The notes under the pieces: model-generated | The model's input: only the letters and a program-made list of their open reading frames with translations | Told to the model about the DNA's origin: nothing | The model's database searches: none | In this document: in pieces, positions 28,950 to 37,500 of the stretch | Layout: each line of letters begins with the position of its first letter | How positions within the stretch are numbered: the first letter of the stretch is position 1 | Translations under genes and position numbers: made by a program | Source: Paenibacillaceae bacterium | GTDB lineage: Bacteria; Bacillota; Bacilli; Paenibacillales; Paenibacillaceae | Length of the DNA stretch: 64,000 bases | Assembly: GCA_900766135.1 (NCBI GenBank) | Contig: CAAFUF010000001.1 | Span: forward strand, 27,455 to 91,454 | Direction: 5' to 3'

Positions 28950-29900
28950 ATGGCAGAATTTCAGAACAGCGGCGCATTGTCGTGCGAGAAATTAGTTGAA
29001 GCCTATCGCAGCAAATCAAAAGCAAAGAAGGCCGGAGAAGCCGTCAAACTGCTGTTTGAAGGCGTGGACGGCCGGGATGTCTATAATATTTCGGCTCCCT
29101 TCGAGGACGAAGGCGAGCTGGTGATTGCCGGGCGCGTCGAACGACGGGACAGCGAGGAATCGGAGATCTGGTTTTTCGTCCGCCGCGGTGAGCGCTGGTT
29201 GCCCCGGGAAGGGGCTCCGGTCTTTGCGCTGCAGGATCCGTTTTACACCCGGATTGGCGGAGAATTGGTCTTTGGCGGGGTTCAGACGTTCCCCCATCCG
29301 GAACGGGAAGGGGAGCTTAGCTGGCGAACGGTATTTTACAAGGGGGCGAACCTCGGCGGGTTATCGCCGTTTTTTCAAGGCCCGGACCAAATGAAGGATT
29401 TGCGGCTCGTGGAGTTGTTCGACGGAAGCATCGGGATCTTTACCCGTCCCCAGGGGGCGAAAGGCGGCAGAGGGAAGATCGGCTTCGCCAAAGTCGAACG
29501 GCTGGAAGACCTCTCGATCGAAGTAGTGAATGAAGCTCCGCTGCTGGACCAATTCCTCGACGAGGAATGGGGCGGCTGCAACGAGATCCACATGTTGGCC
29601 AACGGCAAGCTGGGAGTGCTGGGGCATATCGCCCGCTTCGACGAACGGGGCGACCGCCATTATTATCCGATGGCCTTCGGTTACGACCCGGTTACCGGCC
29701 GCTATTCCAACATGGAAATCATCGCCGAACGTTCCGATTTCCTGCAAGGCCCGTCCAAACGGCAGGATCTAACGGATGTCGTGTTCAGCGGAGGGCTTGT
29801 CCGCCAAGGCGGAGGGAAAGCCAAGCTCTACGCGGGGATCAGCGATGCCGAGGCGCAGAAGCTGGAGATCGACGATCCGTTTGCGGAGTTCGAGAAATAA
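28950..29900 (+). CDS. DUF1861 / GT108 (MTP) family mannosyltransferase-phosphorylase homologue
   Basis: GVDGRDVYNISAPF, IAGRVE.RDSE, LQDPF, GP..MKDLRLV, IGIFTRPQG..GGRGKIGF, EWGG.NE, GVLGHIA, DVVFSGGL, LYAGISDAE motifs. Confidence 0.85.
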   Translation: MAEFQNSGALSCEKLVEAYRSKSKAKKAGEAVKLLFEGVDGRDVYNISAPFEDEGELVIAGRVERRDSEESEIWFFVRRGERWLPREGAPVFALQDPFYTRIGGELVFGGVQTFPHPEREGELSWRTVFYKGANLGGLSPFFQGPDQMKDLRLVELFDGSIGIFTRPQGAKGGRGKIGFAKVERLEDLSIEVVNEAPLLDQFLDEEWGGCNEIHMLANGKLGVLGHIARFDERGDRHYYPMAFGYDPVTGRYSNMEIIAERSDFLQGPSKRQDLTDVVFSGGLVRQGGGKAKLYAGISDAEAQKLEIDDPFAEFEK

Positions 29901-29906
29901 TAACCC

Positions 29907-29939
29907 GAAAACCCCTTTCCATCCGAAAGGGGCTTTTGC
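29907..29939. terminator. Intrinsic terminator between convergent genes
   Basis: aaaacccctttc ... gaaaggggctttt. Confidence 0.7.
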
Positions 29940-29943
29940 TCGC

Positions 29944-30429
29944 TTAATGGGACATCCCGGCCATGCCGCCGACGATTTCTGGATTGACCATCCCGAAGAT
30001 CATGGCGATGTGGGCGACGATGAGGAATCCGCTGACGAGGACAAAGTGCAGCTTCAGCTTCTCGTCCTCGGAACGTTTGCGGCCAATGACGCCAAGTTCT
30101 AGCAGCGCCAGCGGCAGCAGGAAGAAAGCCCCGCTCAGGTAGAACCCGACAGCCACGACGTCCACCCAGGTGTGCCATTCGCCGTTAACGGTCAAAGGAA
30201 TGAACGCCGTAGGGAACAAATAGAGGAAAATGCCGGTAAAATAAAGCCCTGCCAAGATACTGCAGATTTTATTGAAGGTGTTGAGGCCGCCCTGCCGCCC
30301 CCGGTTAAACAAGATGATAAATTCGGTGACGGTGATCGTCTCTGCAAAGATAACGGGGATCGCCATGAATAAAATCAAGTTCCACGGCTGGTTATCCGCC
30401 AGCAAAGACATGTAGTGCGTCATGCTCAT
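29944..30429 (-). CDS. Conserved 4-TM membrane protein (resembles DUF6803 family)
   Basis: MTHYMSLLADNQPWNLILFMAIPV..AET..TE, LHFVLV..FLIVAHIAMIFGM; GGAGG RBS upstream; family name recalled, not verified. Confidence 0.75.
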   Translation of the reverse strand: MSMTHYMSLLADNQPWNLILFMAIPVIFAETITVTEFIILFNRGRQGGLNTFNKICSILAGLYFTGIFLYLFPTAFIPLTVNGEWHTWVDVVAVGFYLSGAFFLLPLALLELGVIGRKRSEDEKLKLHFVLVSGFLIVAHIAMIFGMVNPEIVGGMAGMSH

Positions 30430-30666
30430 GTTTCATTTCCTCCAAGTAGGTTATTTATTTCACAACCCATTCTACAGAGCAATTGTGTGGAAAGTATGGA
30501 GAACCCGTGTGGATTTTATTGCCCGGATTCGTTGAAAAATCTGGGAATGTCGACTACACTATCGATAGTCTCTCATACTTTTTCGGACATCAACGCTATT
30601 ACGGACATAGAATACTCATATACGTGATTTCACTTTATTTCCGGCAAGCGGAGAGGTGGGGCAGCG

Positions 30667-31761
30667 ATGGGATTTTGGATCGTATTGGCAATCGGATGGA
30701 TTGCGGGAGTTATTCTGTTTCGAAAAATCGTGCTTCGCGAACGGGAGGAATCGTATCGCGGCACGGAAAAGGTATCGGTCATCATCCCGGCGCGGAACGA
30801 AGCGGGGAATTTGCCGCAGCTGCTGGGTTCGCTGCAAAAGCAAACCTATCCGCCATATGAAATCATCGTGGTGGACGATTTTTCCGAAGATGGAACTTAT
30901 GACATTGCCGCGGATTACGGGGCAAAGGTGTTCCGCAACGAGGCATTGCCCCCCGGCTGGACGGGGAAAACTTGGGCGGTATGGAACGGATACCGGCAAT
31001 CGACCGGCGAGGTGATCGCCTTCCTCGATGCCGACATCCGCTTGGCCCCCCGGGCGCTCGAATCGCTGCTGCAGGCGCGGGCCGAAGCCGGAGGCGTCAT
31101 TTCCGCAGTGCCGTTTCATGTCACGGAGAAGTTTTACGAACGCCTGGCGTTGATTACCAACGTCCTGGGCGTATTTGCCTTTACGTCGCCGTTTGAGCAA
31201 AACAGCCCGCATAAAGGGCTATACGGCTCCTGCATCGTGACGACGCGCCGCGATTACGAGGCGATCCAGGGGCATGACAGCATCCGTTCGGAACTGCTGG
31301 ACGATTTGAACCTCGGCGCCAAATTCCGGGCGGCGGGGCTCCGCGTAACCAATTTTCTCGGCGGCGGCCTCGTCTCCTTCCGCATGTATCCGAACGGGAT
31401 TCGCAGCGAGCTGGAGGGGTTCGGCAAAGGCGCGGTGCTGAGCACCGCCAAGCTTCGGCCAGCCACCACGCTGCTGGTGGCCGCGTGGCTGATCGGGCTG
31501 ATCGCTTCCGAAGGCGCGTTGTTCCTTTGGAATACGTCATGGGCCTATCCGCTGCTGTTCGGGTATTTGCTGTATGCGGCGCAGCTTTATTTTCTGGTGC
31601 GTTATGTAGGGAAGTTCGGCGTGTTCATGCCTCTGCTTCACGTGTTGTCTACGCTCTTCTTTCTGGTGGTGCTGCTCTACTCGGCCTATCAGGTGGCGTT
31701 TCGCGGATCGGTCACCTGGAAAGGCCGGGACGTGCAGGTAGGAAGCAGGGGAGACCGATGA
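30667..31761 (+). CDS. GT2 glycosyltransferase, CrtQ (carotenoid glycosyltransferase)-like
   Basis: VSVIIPARNEA.NL..LL.SL, VVDD.S.DGT, LPPGWTGK.WA, FLDAD, SFRMYP.G; N- and C-terminal TM helices. Confidence 0.85.
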   Translation: MGFWIVLAIGWIAGVILFRKIVLREREESYRGTEKVSVIIPARNEAGNLPQLLGSLQKQTYPPYEIIVVDDFSEDGTYDIAADYGAKVFRNEALPPGWTGKTWAVWNGYRQSTGEVIAFLDADIRLAPRALESLLQARAEAGGVISAVPFHVTEKFYERLALITNVLGVFAFTSPFEQNSPHKGLYGSCIVTTRRDYEAIQGHDSIRSELLDDLNLGAKFRAAGLRVTNFLGGGLVSFRMYPNGIRSELEGFGKGAVLSTAKLRPATTLLVAAWLIGLIASEGALFLWNTSWAYPLLFGYLLYAAQLYFLVRYVGKFGVFMPLLHVLSTLFFLVVLLYSAYQVAFRGSVTWKGRDVQVGSRGDR

Positions 31762-32399
31762 TTCTATGGCTGGCTGTCGCTGAGTTCCTATGCGGGGCGT
31801 TGATGTTCTCTTATTGGCTGGGCAAGTTGGTTCGGAAGGATTTGAAGCGGGTCGGGGACGGCAACCCGGGGGCATTCAACTTGTGGCGGGCCGCCGGTTA
31901 CCGCTGGGGGCTGGCGGGCATTGCGTTGGATTTCCTGAAAGGATATGTGCCGCTGGTATTTCTAATCGAATCGGGAACGCTGGGAAGGGATTACGGAATG
32001 ACGCTCGTCGCCGCCGCGCCGATTCTAGGCCACGCCTTTTCGCCTTTTCTGAAATTCAAGGGAGGCAAGGCGATTGCCGTAACCTTCGGCGTTTGGAGCG
32101 CCTTAACCCGATTTGAGGCGGCTTTAGCCTATGCGGTGATACTGGCCGTGCTGCTCGCAGCATTTTCATTCTATAAAAAGGGGAAATATGCGTCACGGGA
32201 AGCCGACGGCTTCCAGGTCGTGGCCGGCATGGCGTTATTATCGGTTTATCTCCTGGCTTCCGGTGCTCCTCCTGCTATATGGGGCGTATGGCTGATGAAC
32301 CTGATGGTATTGGCGTATGCCAATCGCCAGGCGATTCGGGTCTTCCTGACCGGCAAGGGTGGCAAGCTCCCCCGTTCGGGCGATGGCGTTACGCTGTGA
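31758..32399 (+). CDS. PlsY-like (glycerol-3-phosphate acyltransferase family) membrane acyltransferase
   Basis: GDGNPGAFN, LDFLKG, ILGHAFSPFLKFKGGKAIAVTFG motifs; ATGA overlap with the GT2 stop. Confidence 0.85.
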   Translation: MILWLAVAEFLCGALMFSYWLGKLVRKDLKRVGDGNPGAFNLWRAAGYRWGLAGIALDFLKGYVPLVFLIESGTLGRDYGMTLVAAAPILGHAFSPFLKFKGGKAIAVTFGVWSALTRFEAALAYAVILAVLLAAFSFYKKGKYASREADGFQVVAGMALLSVYLLASGAPPAIWGVWLMNLMVLAYANRQAIRVFLTGKGGKLPRSGDGVTL

Positions 32400-32518
32400 C
32401 TTTCGGCATTGATTGAAGCGGGGATAGAGCAAGCAAGGAGAAAATCTAGCAACCAAGGTATATCTTGGAGAAGATATAGAAAGCCTAGTAGCAACTTATA
32501 CGGAAGGAGCAAAGCTGT

Positions 32519-32692
32519 ATGGATGCTACTCTTGGAGCGGATGAAGTTGTCCGTCGAATCAAACGGTTGCAGAGCGAAGGCGTTTCGCTGAGCAAGAAGC
32601 AGGTCAAGCAAAACGATCCGGAGTTGATGCGCAACGCTTTGTTTTATTTTCCCAGTTGGGAACATGCCGTAAAGAACGCGGAAGTTTTGTAA
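32519..32692 (+). CDS. Small hypothetical protein, 57 aa (MDATLGADEVVRRIKRLQSEGVSLSKKQVKQNDPELMRNALFYFPSWEHAVKNAEVL)
   Basis: Not in the ORF track (shorter than its smallest ORFs); GGAAGGAG RBS upstream, its own terminator downstream, protein-like composition. Confidence 0.75.
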   Translation: MDATLGADEVVRRIKRLQSEGVSLSKKQVKQNDPELMRNALFYFPSWEHAVKNAEVL

Positions 32693-32705
32693 GGAACACC
32701 CCATC

Positions 32706-32756
32706 AACCAATTCGGGTTGGCATTGAGGATGCCATGACCGGATTGGTTTTTTTTT
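32706..32756 (+). terminator. Intrinsic terminator after the small ORF
   Basis: aaccaattcgg..tggcat-tgagg-atgcca..ccggattggtt followed by a T tract. Confidence 0.75.
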
Positions 32757-32840
32757 GGTTGTTTCTTTTCCGGACAAGGGCCGATATGATGGAGATGAAG
32801 ATTCGTGTAAGCGATTAAATGAATGAGGAAGCCTGGGCCG

Positions 32841-34556
32841 ATGAAAAAATACATTCCCTTCACCTACAAAATGCTGATTCCCTACCTGCTGCTCGTCTTA
32901 TTGACGGACGCGATCATCGGTTACGCATCCTATACGATGCTGATCCAATCCCGAACGGAGATGGCCGAGACGAACATCCGCACCGGCATGGAACAAGCCC
33001 GGAACAACATCCGCTATCAGATGGACGAGATCCAGCGGATGTCGGACACCCTGTTCGGCAACCTGGCGTTTCAGCGGGCGCTGCAGGCCAAAGGCGAGCC
33101 CTATGACATCTATTTGGTGATGCTCGATGAAATCGTTCCGGAAATCACCGCACCGCTTAAACTGTTCGGCAACGATATCCGGCTGATGCTGTATACGCTG
33201 AACAGCGAGCTGAACATCGTTTCGGGCGATAATTTGGAAGAGCCGATCCAGGACAGCGATTATTATATCCTGCCGTTCGAGGATATCCAGGACAGCGCCT
33301 GGTATCAGGAATTCAAGGATTCCGAACGGGACAACATCTGGCTGCAGATCGACACCGATCAGCGGCTCGGGAATATCTCCCATATCCGCCGCCTGGTTTC
33401 GTACAGCGGGAACATGACCGTGATCGGGTATGTTCGCATCACGGCTTCCCTGGACGATTTGTTCGGCGACTTCTCCACGTTTCCCGTCGAACAGGGGATC
33501 ACGGTGCGCCTGATTAACGCGGCGTCGGACGGCGCCTTGCTCTACCAACGGGGCAATGCCGAAATGGGAGCCCGGCATGACGACTATCTAAGCCTGCACG
33601 AACCGATCCCAGGCTCCGATTTCGTGATTGAAGCGCTGGTTCCGAAGGTGTATCTCACCAAGGATGCCGGCAGACTGCAGCGCGTGATTTTTACCGTATG
33701 CGGGATCAGCTTCCTCGGCATGGCGTTCATCGGCTACATCGTGGCCAGGTTGTCCGGCCGGAAGATGAAACGGATCGTTTGGCTCGTCCGCTCGTTCCAG
33801 GAAGGAAACTTCCAGAAGCGGATCCGCTTCTCGGGGAACGACGAATTCGTGCATATCGCCGATGCGTTTAACGTCATGGCCGCCAATATCCAAGGGCTGA
33901 TCAACAGCGTGTACGTGCAGGGGATCCAGAAGAAACAAGCCGAGCTGGAGGCGCTTCAGGCGCAGATTAATCCGCATTTCCTCTATAATACGTTATCAAC
34001 GATCAGCAGCCTGGCCAATCTGGGCGAGACGGCCAAGGTGACCGATATGGTTCAGGGCTTGTCGCGATTTTACCGTCTGACCCTGAATCAGGGAAATGTA
34101 TTTACTCCGCTGGGGAACGAATTGATGCAGGTGGAGACCTATCTGGACATCCAGCGGGTGAAATATGCCGGCGCCTTTTCCGTTCATATGGACGTGGAGC
34201 CGGAGATCCTGCAGGTGCAGGTGATGAAGCTGATCCTGCAGCCGTTTGTGGAGAATACGTTTAAGCATGCCTGGTTCGGCGAATCGATTGCGATCGTGAT
34301 TACGGGGAAACGGCAGGGCGATAACCTTGAACTGAAAGTGATCGACAACGGCATCGGCATGAAGCCGGAGACGGTACAGCGGCTGCTCGTCGGTCCCACC
34401 CCATCCGGCGGTTACGGGGTGAAGAACGTCAACGAGCGGATTAAGCTCCGCTACGGCGATAAGTACGGGATTCGCATCGCCAGCGTTTACGGCGGCGGAA
34501 CGACGGTCCAAATCATCCTTCCGGCGAACCCGGGGGAGCTTCCATCCTTGGAATAA
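32841..34556 (+). CDS. Sensor histidine kinase, YesM-like
   Basis: LQAQINPHFLYNTL, LQPFVEN..KH, VIDNGIGM, GGYGVKNV; start could also be ATG 32823. Confidence 0.93.
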   Translation: MKKYIPFTYKMLIPYLLLVLLTDAIIGYASYTMLIQSRTEMAETNIRTGMEQARNNIRYQMDEIQRMSDTLFGNLAFQRALQAKGEPYDIYLVMLDEIVPEITAPLKLFGNDIRLMLYTLNSELNIVSGDNLEEPIQDSDYYILPFEDIQDSAWYQEFKDSERDNIWLQIDTDQRLGNISHIRRLVSYSGNMTVIGYVRITASLDDLFGDFSTFPVEQGITVRLINAASDGALLYQRGNAEMGARHDDYLSLHEPIPGSDFVIEALVPKVYLTKDAGRLQRVIFTVCGISFLGMAFIGYIVARLSGRKMKRIVWLVRSFQEGNFQKRIRFSGNDEFVHIADAFNVMAANIQGLINSVYVQGIQKKQAELEALQAQINPHFLYNTLSTISSLANLGETAKVTDMVQGLSRFYRLTLNQGNVFTPLGNELMQVETYLDIQRVKYAGAFSVHMDVEPEILQVQVMKLILQPFVENTFKHAWFGESIAIVITGKRQGDNLELKVIDNGIGMKPETVQRLLVGPTPSGGYGVKNVNERIKLRYGDKYGIRIASVYGGGTTVQIILPANPGELPSLE

Positions 34557-34592
34557 CCTCGGTATTCGGCGCATTCGAGTCAAGAAATCGGT

Positions 34593-34653
34593 GAATTTGT
34601 ATAGGTTTTCATTGCAAACCGCTATGTTCAGGGCAAAGAACGACAAGTATGCT
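34593..34653 (+). promoter_or_regulatory. Putative activator-dependent promoter upstream of the response regulator
   Basis: GAATTTGTATAGGTTTTCATTG box starting 55 bp before TATGCT; a near-identical box lies at the same offset before 36520. Confidence 0.6.
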
Positions 34654-34691
34654 CGAGGTAAGGAGCAAAAATACCAGAAGGAATGACGGCC

Positions 34692-36266
34692 ATGAATATC
34701 AACGTATTGCTTGTCGACGACGAGGCGGTCGATCTCGAATGGCTGCGGCGCAGAGTGCTGGGCAGCGGGTTGAACCTGCAGGTAGCGGCGACGGCTAATA
34801 ACGGCTTTAATGCGCTCAAAGCGATGGAGCAGGAGCGGATCGACCTGATTCTCTCCGATATCCGCATGCCGATCATGTCGGGAATCGAATTCGCCCGCAA
34901 AGCCAAAGAGATTCATCCCGGCGTCAAAATCGTGTTCATCAGCGGGCACGAAGACTTTGAATACGCCAAAGAGGCAATCAAAATCAGCGCCTCGGGTTAT
35001 TTGCTGAAGCCCGTGGAAGATCAGGAGCTTTACAAAATGCTGGGCGAGCTGTGCGCCTCGATCGAACGGGAACGGGATCAAGACCGCACGTTTACGGAGG
35101 CGCTTACGCTCGTGAACGAGGAATTGCTGCTGCGCTGGCTGAACGAGATTTCCCCGGAGCAAGTGGAAGGGCATATCCGCGGATTTCTGCAGACGCTCTT
35201 CAAAACGGGAACGGCGGCAGCCCTCGTCGAAATCGACGACCTGGAGTGGAAGACCGGCGATATGCCGGAGGAGGAACGGCGCAAGCAAATTCAGAAGGTC
35301 ATGGCGTTCATCCGGCATTTTGCCATGGAAATGAAACTGGGCACGTTTATCGTCAGCCAACCGACGCGGTTTATCCTGCTGGCATCGGTACCGGAAACGG
35401 CATTCCTGGAGCTTCTGGAGGAACTGATCCGGGCGGTACGGGGAATATCCCCGTTCTCCGTGACGGTTGGGGTCGGAGGCTGCGCGCTGGATGAAGAGGG
35501 ACTGCGGGCGTCCTACCGTCAAGCTCAGGCCGCGCTCAGCGCCAAGTGGCTGGTCGGCAAGGACCGGCTGATCCGCGAAAGCCGGGAGCACCCGGGCGAA
35601 AGCCGGTTTGCCGGTACCCGGATGGACGAGATCCTTGAACGGATGCTGAAGGCGATACTGCACTACGATCTCGTGATGATCGACGACTGCTTGCTGGAGT
35701 TGTTTTACCAAGGTTCCCCGCTGGCCCAGAAGAACGACGTTTACGATTTGATCATCCGCATCACCACCCAGCTGCATGCCGATCTGCGCGAAATCAACGA
35801 GAATTTGTACGAGCTGTTGAAATGGGATACGCACCAGCCGGTGCTGCTGTTTCAATTCGAGACGATCCACGATATCACGTCCTGGCTGCGGAAGCGGTTT
35901 TTTGAGTTGTCCGAGCTGTTGTACGTCAAGAAGCAAAAGCAAAAACGCAAGCTGATCCAGGAAATCATGTCGTATGTCGAATCGAATCTCGAGCAAAAAA
36001 TGACGCTGAAGGACGTCGCGGCCCACTTTGATTTTACGCCGAACTACCTTGGCTACTTGTTCAAGGAAGAAACGGGCCGGCATTTCAGCGATTACCTGAG
36101 CGAGCTCAAAACCAAACGCATCTGCGAGCTGTTAACCGACCCGACGCTGAAAATCTACGAAATCGCCGAACGGATGGGTTACAAGAACATCATCTACTTC
36201 AACCGGCAATTCAAGCAGTCGACCGGGATGACGCCCGGGGAATACCGGAAAGCGAACAAAATTTGA
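34692..36266 (+). CDS. Response regulator, YesN-like (receiver + AraC HTH)
   Basis: LLVDDE, DIRMP, ISGHEDFEYAKEAI; GYKNIIYFNRQFKQSTGMTPGEYR; start 34683 or 34692. Confidence 0.93.
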   Translation: MNINVLLVDDEAVDLEWLRRRVLGSGLNLQVAATANNGFNALKAMEQERIDLILSDIRMPIMSGIEFARKAKEIHPGVKIVFISGHEDFEYAKEAIKISASGYLLKPVEDQELYKMLGELCASIERERDQDRTFTEALTLVNEELLLRWLNEISPEQVEGHIRGFLQTLFKTGTAAALVEIDDLEWKTGDMPEEERRKQIQKVMAFIRHFAMEMKLGTFIVSQPTRFILLASVPETAFLELLEELIRAVRGISPFSVTVGVGGCALDEEGLRASYRQAQAALSAKWLVGKDRLIRESREHPGESRFAGTRMDEILERMLKAILHYDLVMIDDCLLELFYQGSPLAQKNDVYDLIIRITTQLHADLREINENLYELLKWDTHQPVLLFQFETIHDITSWLRKRFFELSELLYVKKQKQKRKLIQEIMSYVESNLEQKMTLKDVAAHFDFTPNYLGYLFKEETGRHFSDYLSELKTKRICELLTDPTLKIYEIAERMGYKNIIYFNRQFKQSTGMTPGEYRKANKI

Positions 36267-36421
36267 CGGTCGGTTCATTACAGTTCGCGTCATCGCAACA
36301 TCTCCGCCGGGCCTATCCATATCTAAATCTAAATCGCGTGAAGGACACATCCCGACCTCGTCTCGCCGGTATCTTTGCGGAAGGCGGGGTCCTTTCTATT
36401 TCGGCGTTTTTCGTCATCGTG

Positions 36422-36482
36422 GAATTTGTATTAGTTTTTGTTGTTTCGCTGAATTTCGCAAGAAAGCGCTCTCCCCTATACT
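36422..36482 (+). promoter_or_regulatory. Putative activator-dependent promoter of the ABC/GH42 operon
   Basis: GAATTTGTATTAGTTTTTGTTG box starting 55 bp before TATACT (36477-82); cre-like AAGAAAGCGCTCT in between. Confidence 0.6.
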
Positions 36483-36519
36483 GAGGAATATAGAGACAAC
36501 CAAGAGGGGAGTTCGAAAC

Positions 36520-37440
36520 ATGAAGCGAAGCGGATTTTGGAACGACGTGAAGAAGTATAAAGTTCTGCTGCTCATGCTGACGCCGGCCGTCCTGTTCTTC
36601 CTGCTGTTCGCCTACGTGCCGATGGCGGGGATCGTCCTGGCTTTCAAACAATACAACTACACGGGCGGGGTGTTCGGGAGCCCCTGGAACGGGCTGGATA
36701 ACTTCCGGTTTTTCTTCGACTCCGGGGACGCCTGGCGGGTCACCCGCAATACGGCTTTGTATAACATCGCGTTTATCGTGGTGAACAACGTGGTTCAAAT
36801 TTTTGCGGCGATCCTGCTGTTCGAGGTGGCCGGCAAATGGTTACGCAAAATCACGCAAACGGTGATGTTCCTGCCGTACTTCATTTCGTGGGTTGTCGTC
36901 GGCGCGATCGCCTATAACCTGTTCAATTATGATTACGGTACGATCAACGTGCTCTTGAACGCGATCGGGCTGGAATCGCTCGATATCTACAACACGGCCG
37001 CCTATTGGCCGGTGATCCTCATCGTGGTGTCGGCCTGGAAAACGCTCGGCTACGGGACGATCATGTACCTGGCCGCCATCACGAGCATCGATACGGAGAT
37101 GTATGAAGCGGCCGAGATCGACGGCGCTAACGTCTTTCAACGGATTCGCAAAATCACGATTCCGAACCTTTATCCGACGGTCATCATTCTGGTGCTGTTG
37201 GCGATCGGGAATATTTTCCGCGGGGATTTCGGAATGTTCTATAACATGGTTGGCAACAACGGTTTATTGTTCTCCTCGACCGATGTCATCGACACCTTCG
37301 TGTTCCGGATGCTCACGACCTCGAACGAGATCGGGATGTCCGCCGCGGCGGGATTCTACCAGTCCATTCTGGGATTCGCGACCATTATGCTGGCGAACTA
37401 TGCCGTACGCAAATACGACAAGGACCGCGCTTTGTTCTAA
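36520..37440 (+). CDS. Carbohydrate ABC transporter permease (LplB-like)
   Basis: FLPYFISWVV, MYEAAEIDGA, TDVIDTFVFR. Confidence 0.93.
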   Translation: MKRSGFWNDVKKYKVLLLMLTPAVLFFLLFAYVPMAGIVLAFKQYNYTGGVFGSPWNGLDNFRFFFDSGDAWRVTRNTALYNIAFIVVNNVVQIFAAILLFEVAGKWLRKITQTVMFLPYFISWVVVGAIAYNLFNYDYGTINVLLNAIGLESLDIYNTAAYWPVILIVVSAWKTLGYGTIMYLAAITSIDTEMYEAAEIDGANVFQRIRKITIPNLYPTVIILVLLAIGNIFRGDFGMFYNMVGNNGLLFSSTDVIDTFVFRMLTTSNEIGMSAAAGFYQSILGFATIMLANYAVRKYDKDRALF

Positions 37441-37500
37441 GCGATGTGCAACGGCAACCGGATAAATCAACACGATTGAAACGAGTGGAGGTTAACGCTT

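Noticed and set aside
30585..30613. Sporulation sigmaK/sigmaE-like promoter (ACA-16bp-CATAGAAT) before the GT2 gene
   Set aside because: The consensus is too short to be significant, and a sigmaA-like TTGAAA-17-TACACT is also present at 30532-30560.
31485..31757. N-terminal extension of the PlsY-like ORF in the track (similar extensions at 6528, 9526, 14717, 20932, 40337, 55964)
   Set aside because: The extensions overlap upstream genes or leaders; downstream starts have an RBS or translational coupling and match family N-termini.
32246..32863. 205-aa minus-strand ORF across the intergenic region
   Set aside because: Overlaps plsY-like and kinase genes on the opposite strand and has a non-protein-like sequence; the plus-strand 57-aa ORF has an RBS and terminator.
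33996..36083. 695-aa minus-strand ORF
   Set aside because: Lies antisense to the well-supported kinase and response regulator, with no recognisable motifs; a shadow ORF typical of high-GC codon bias.
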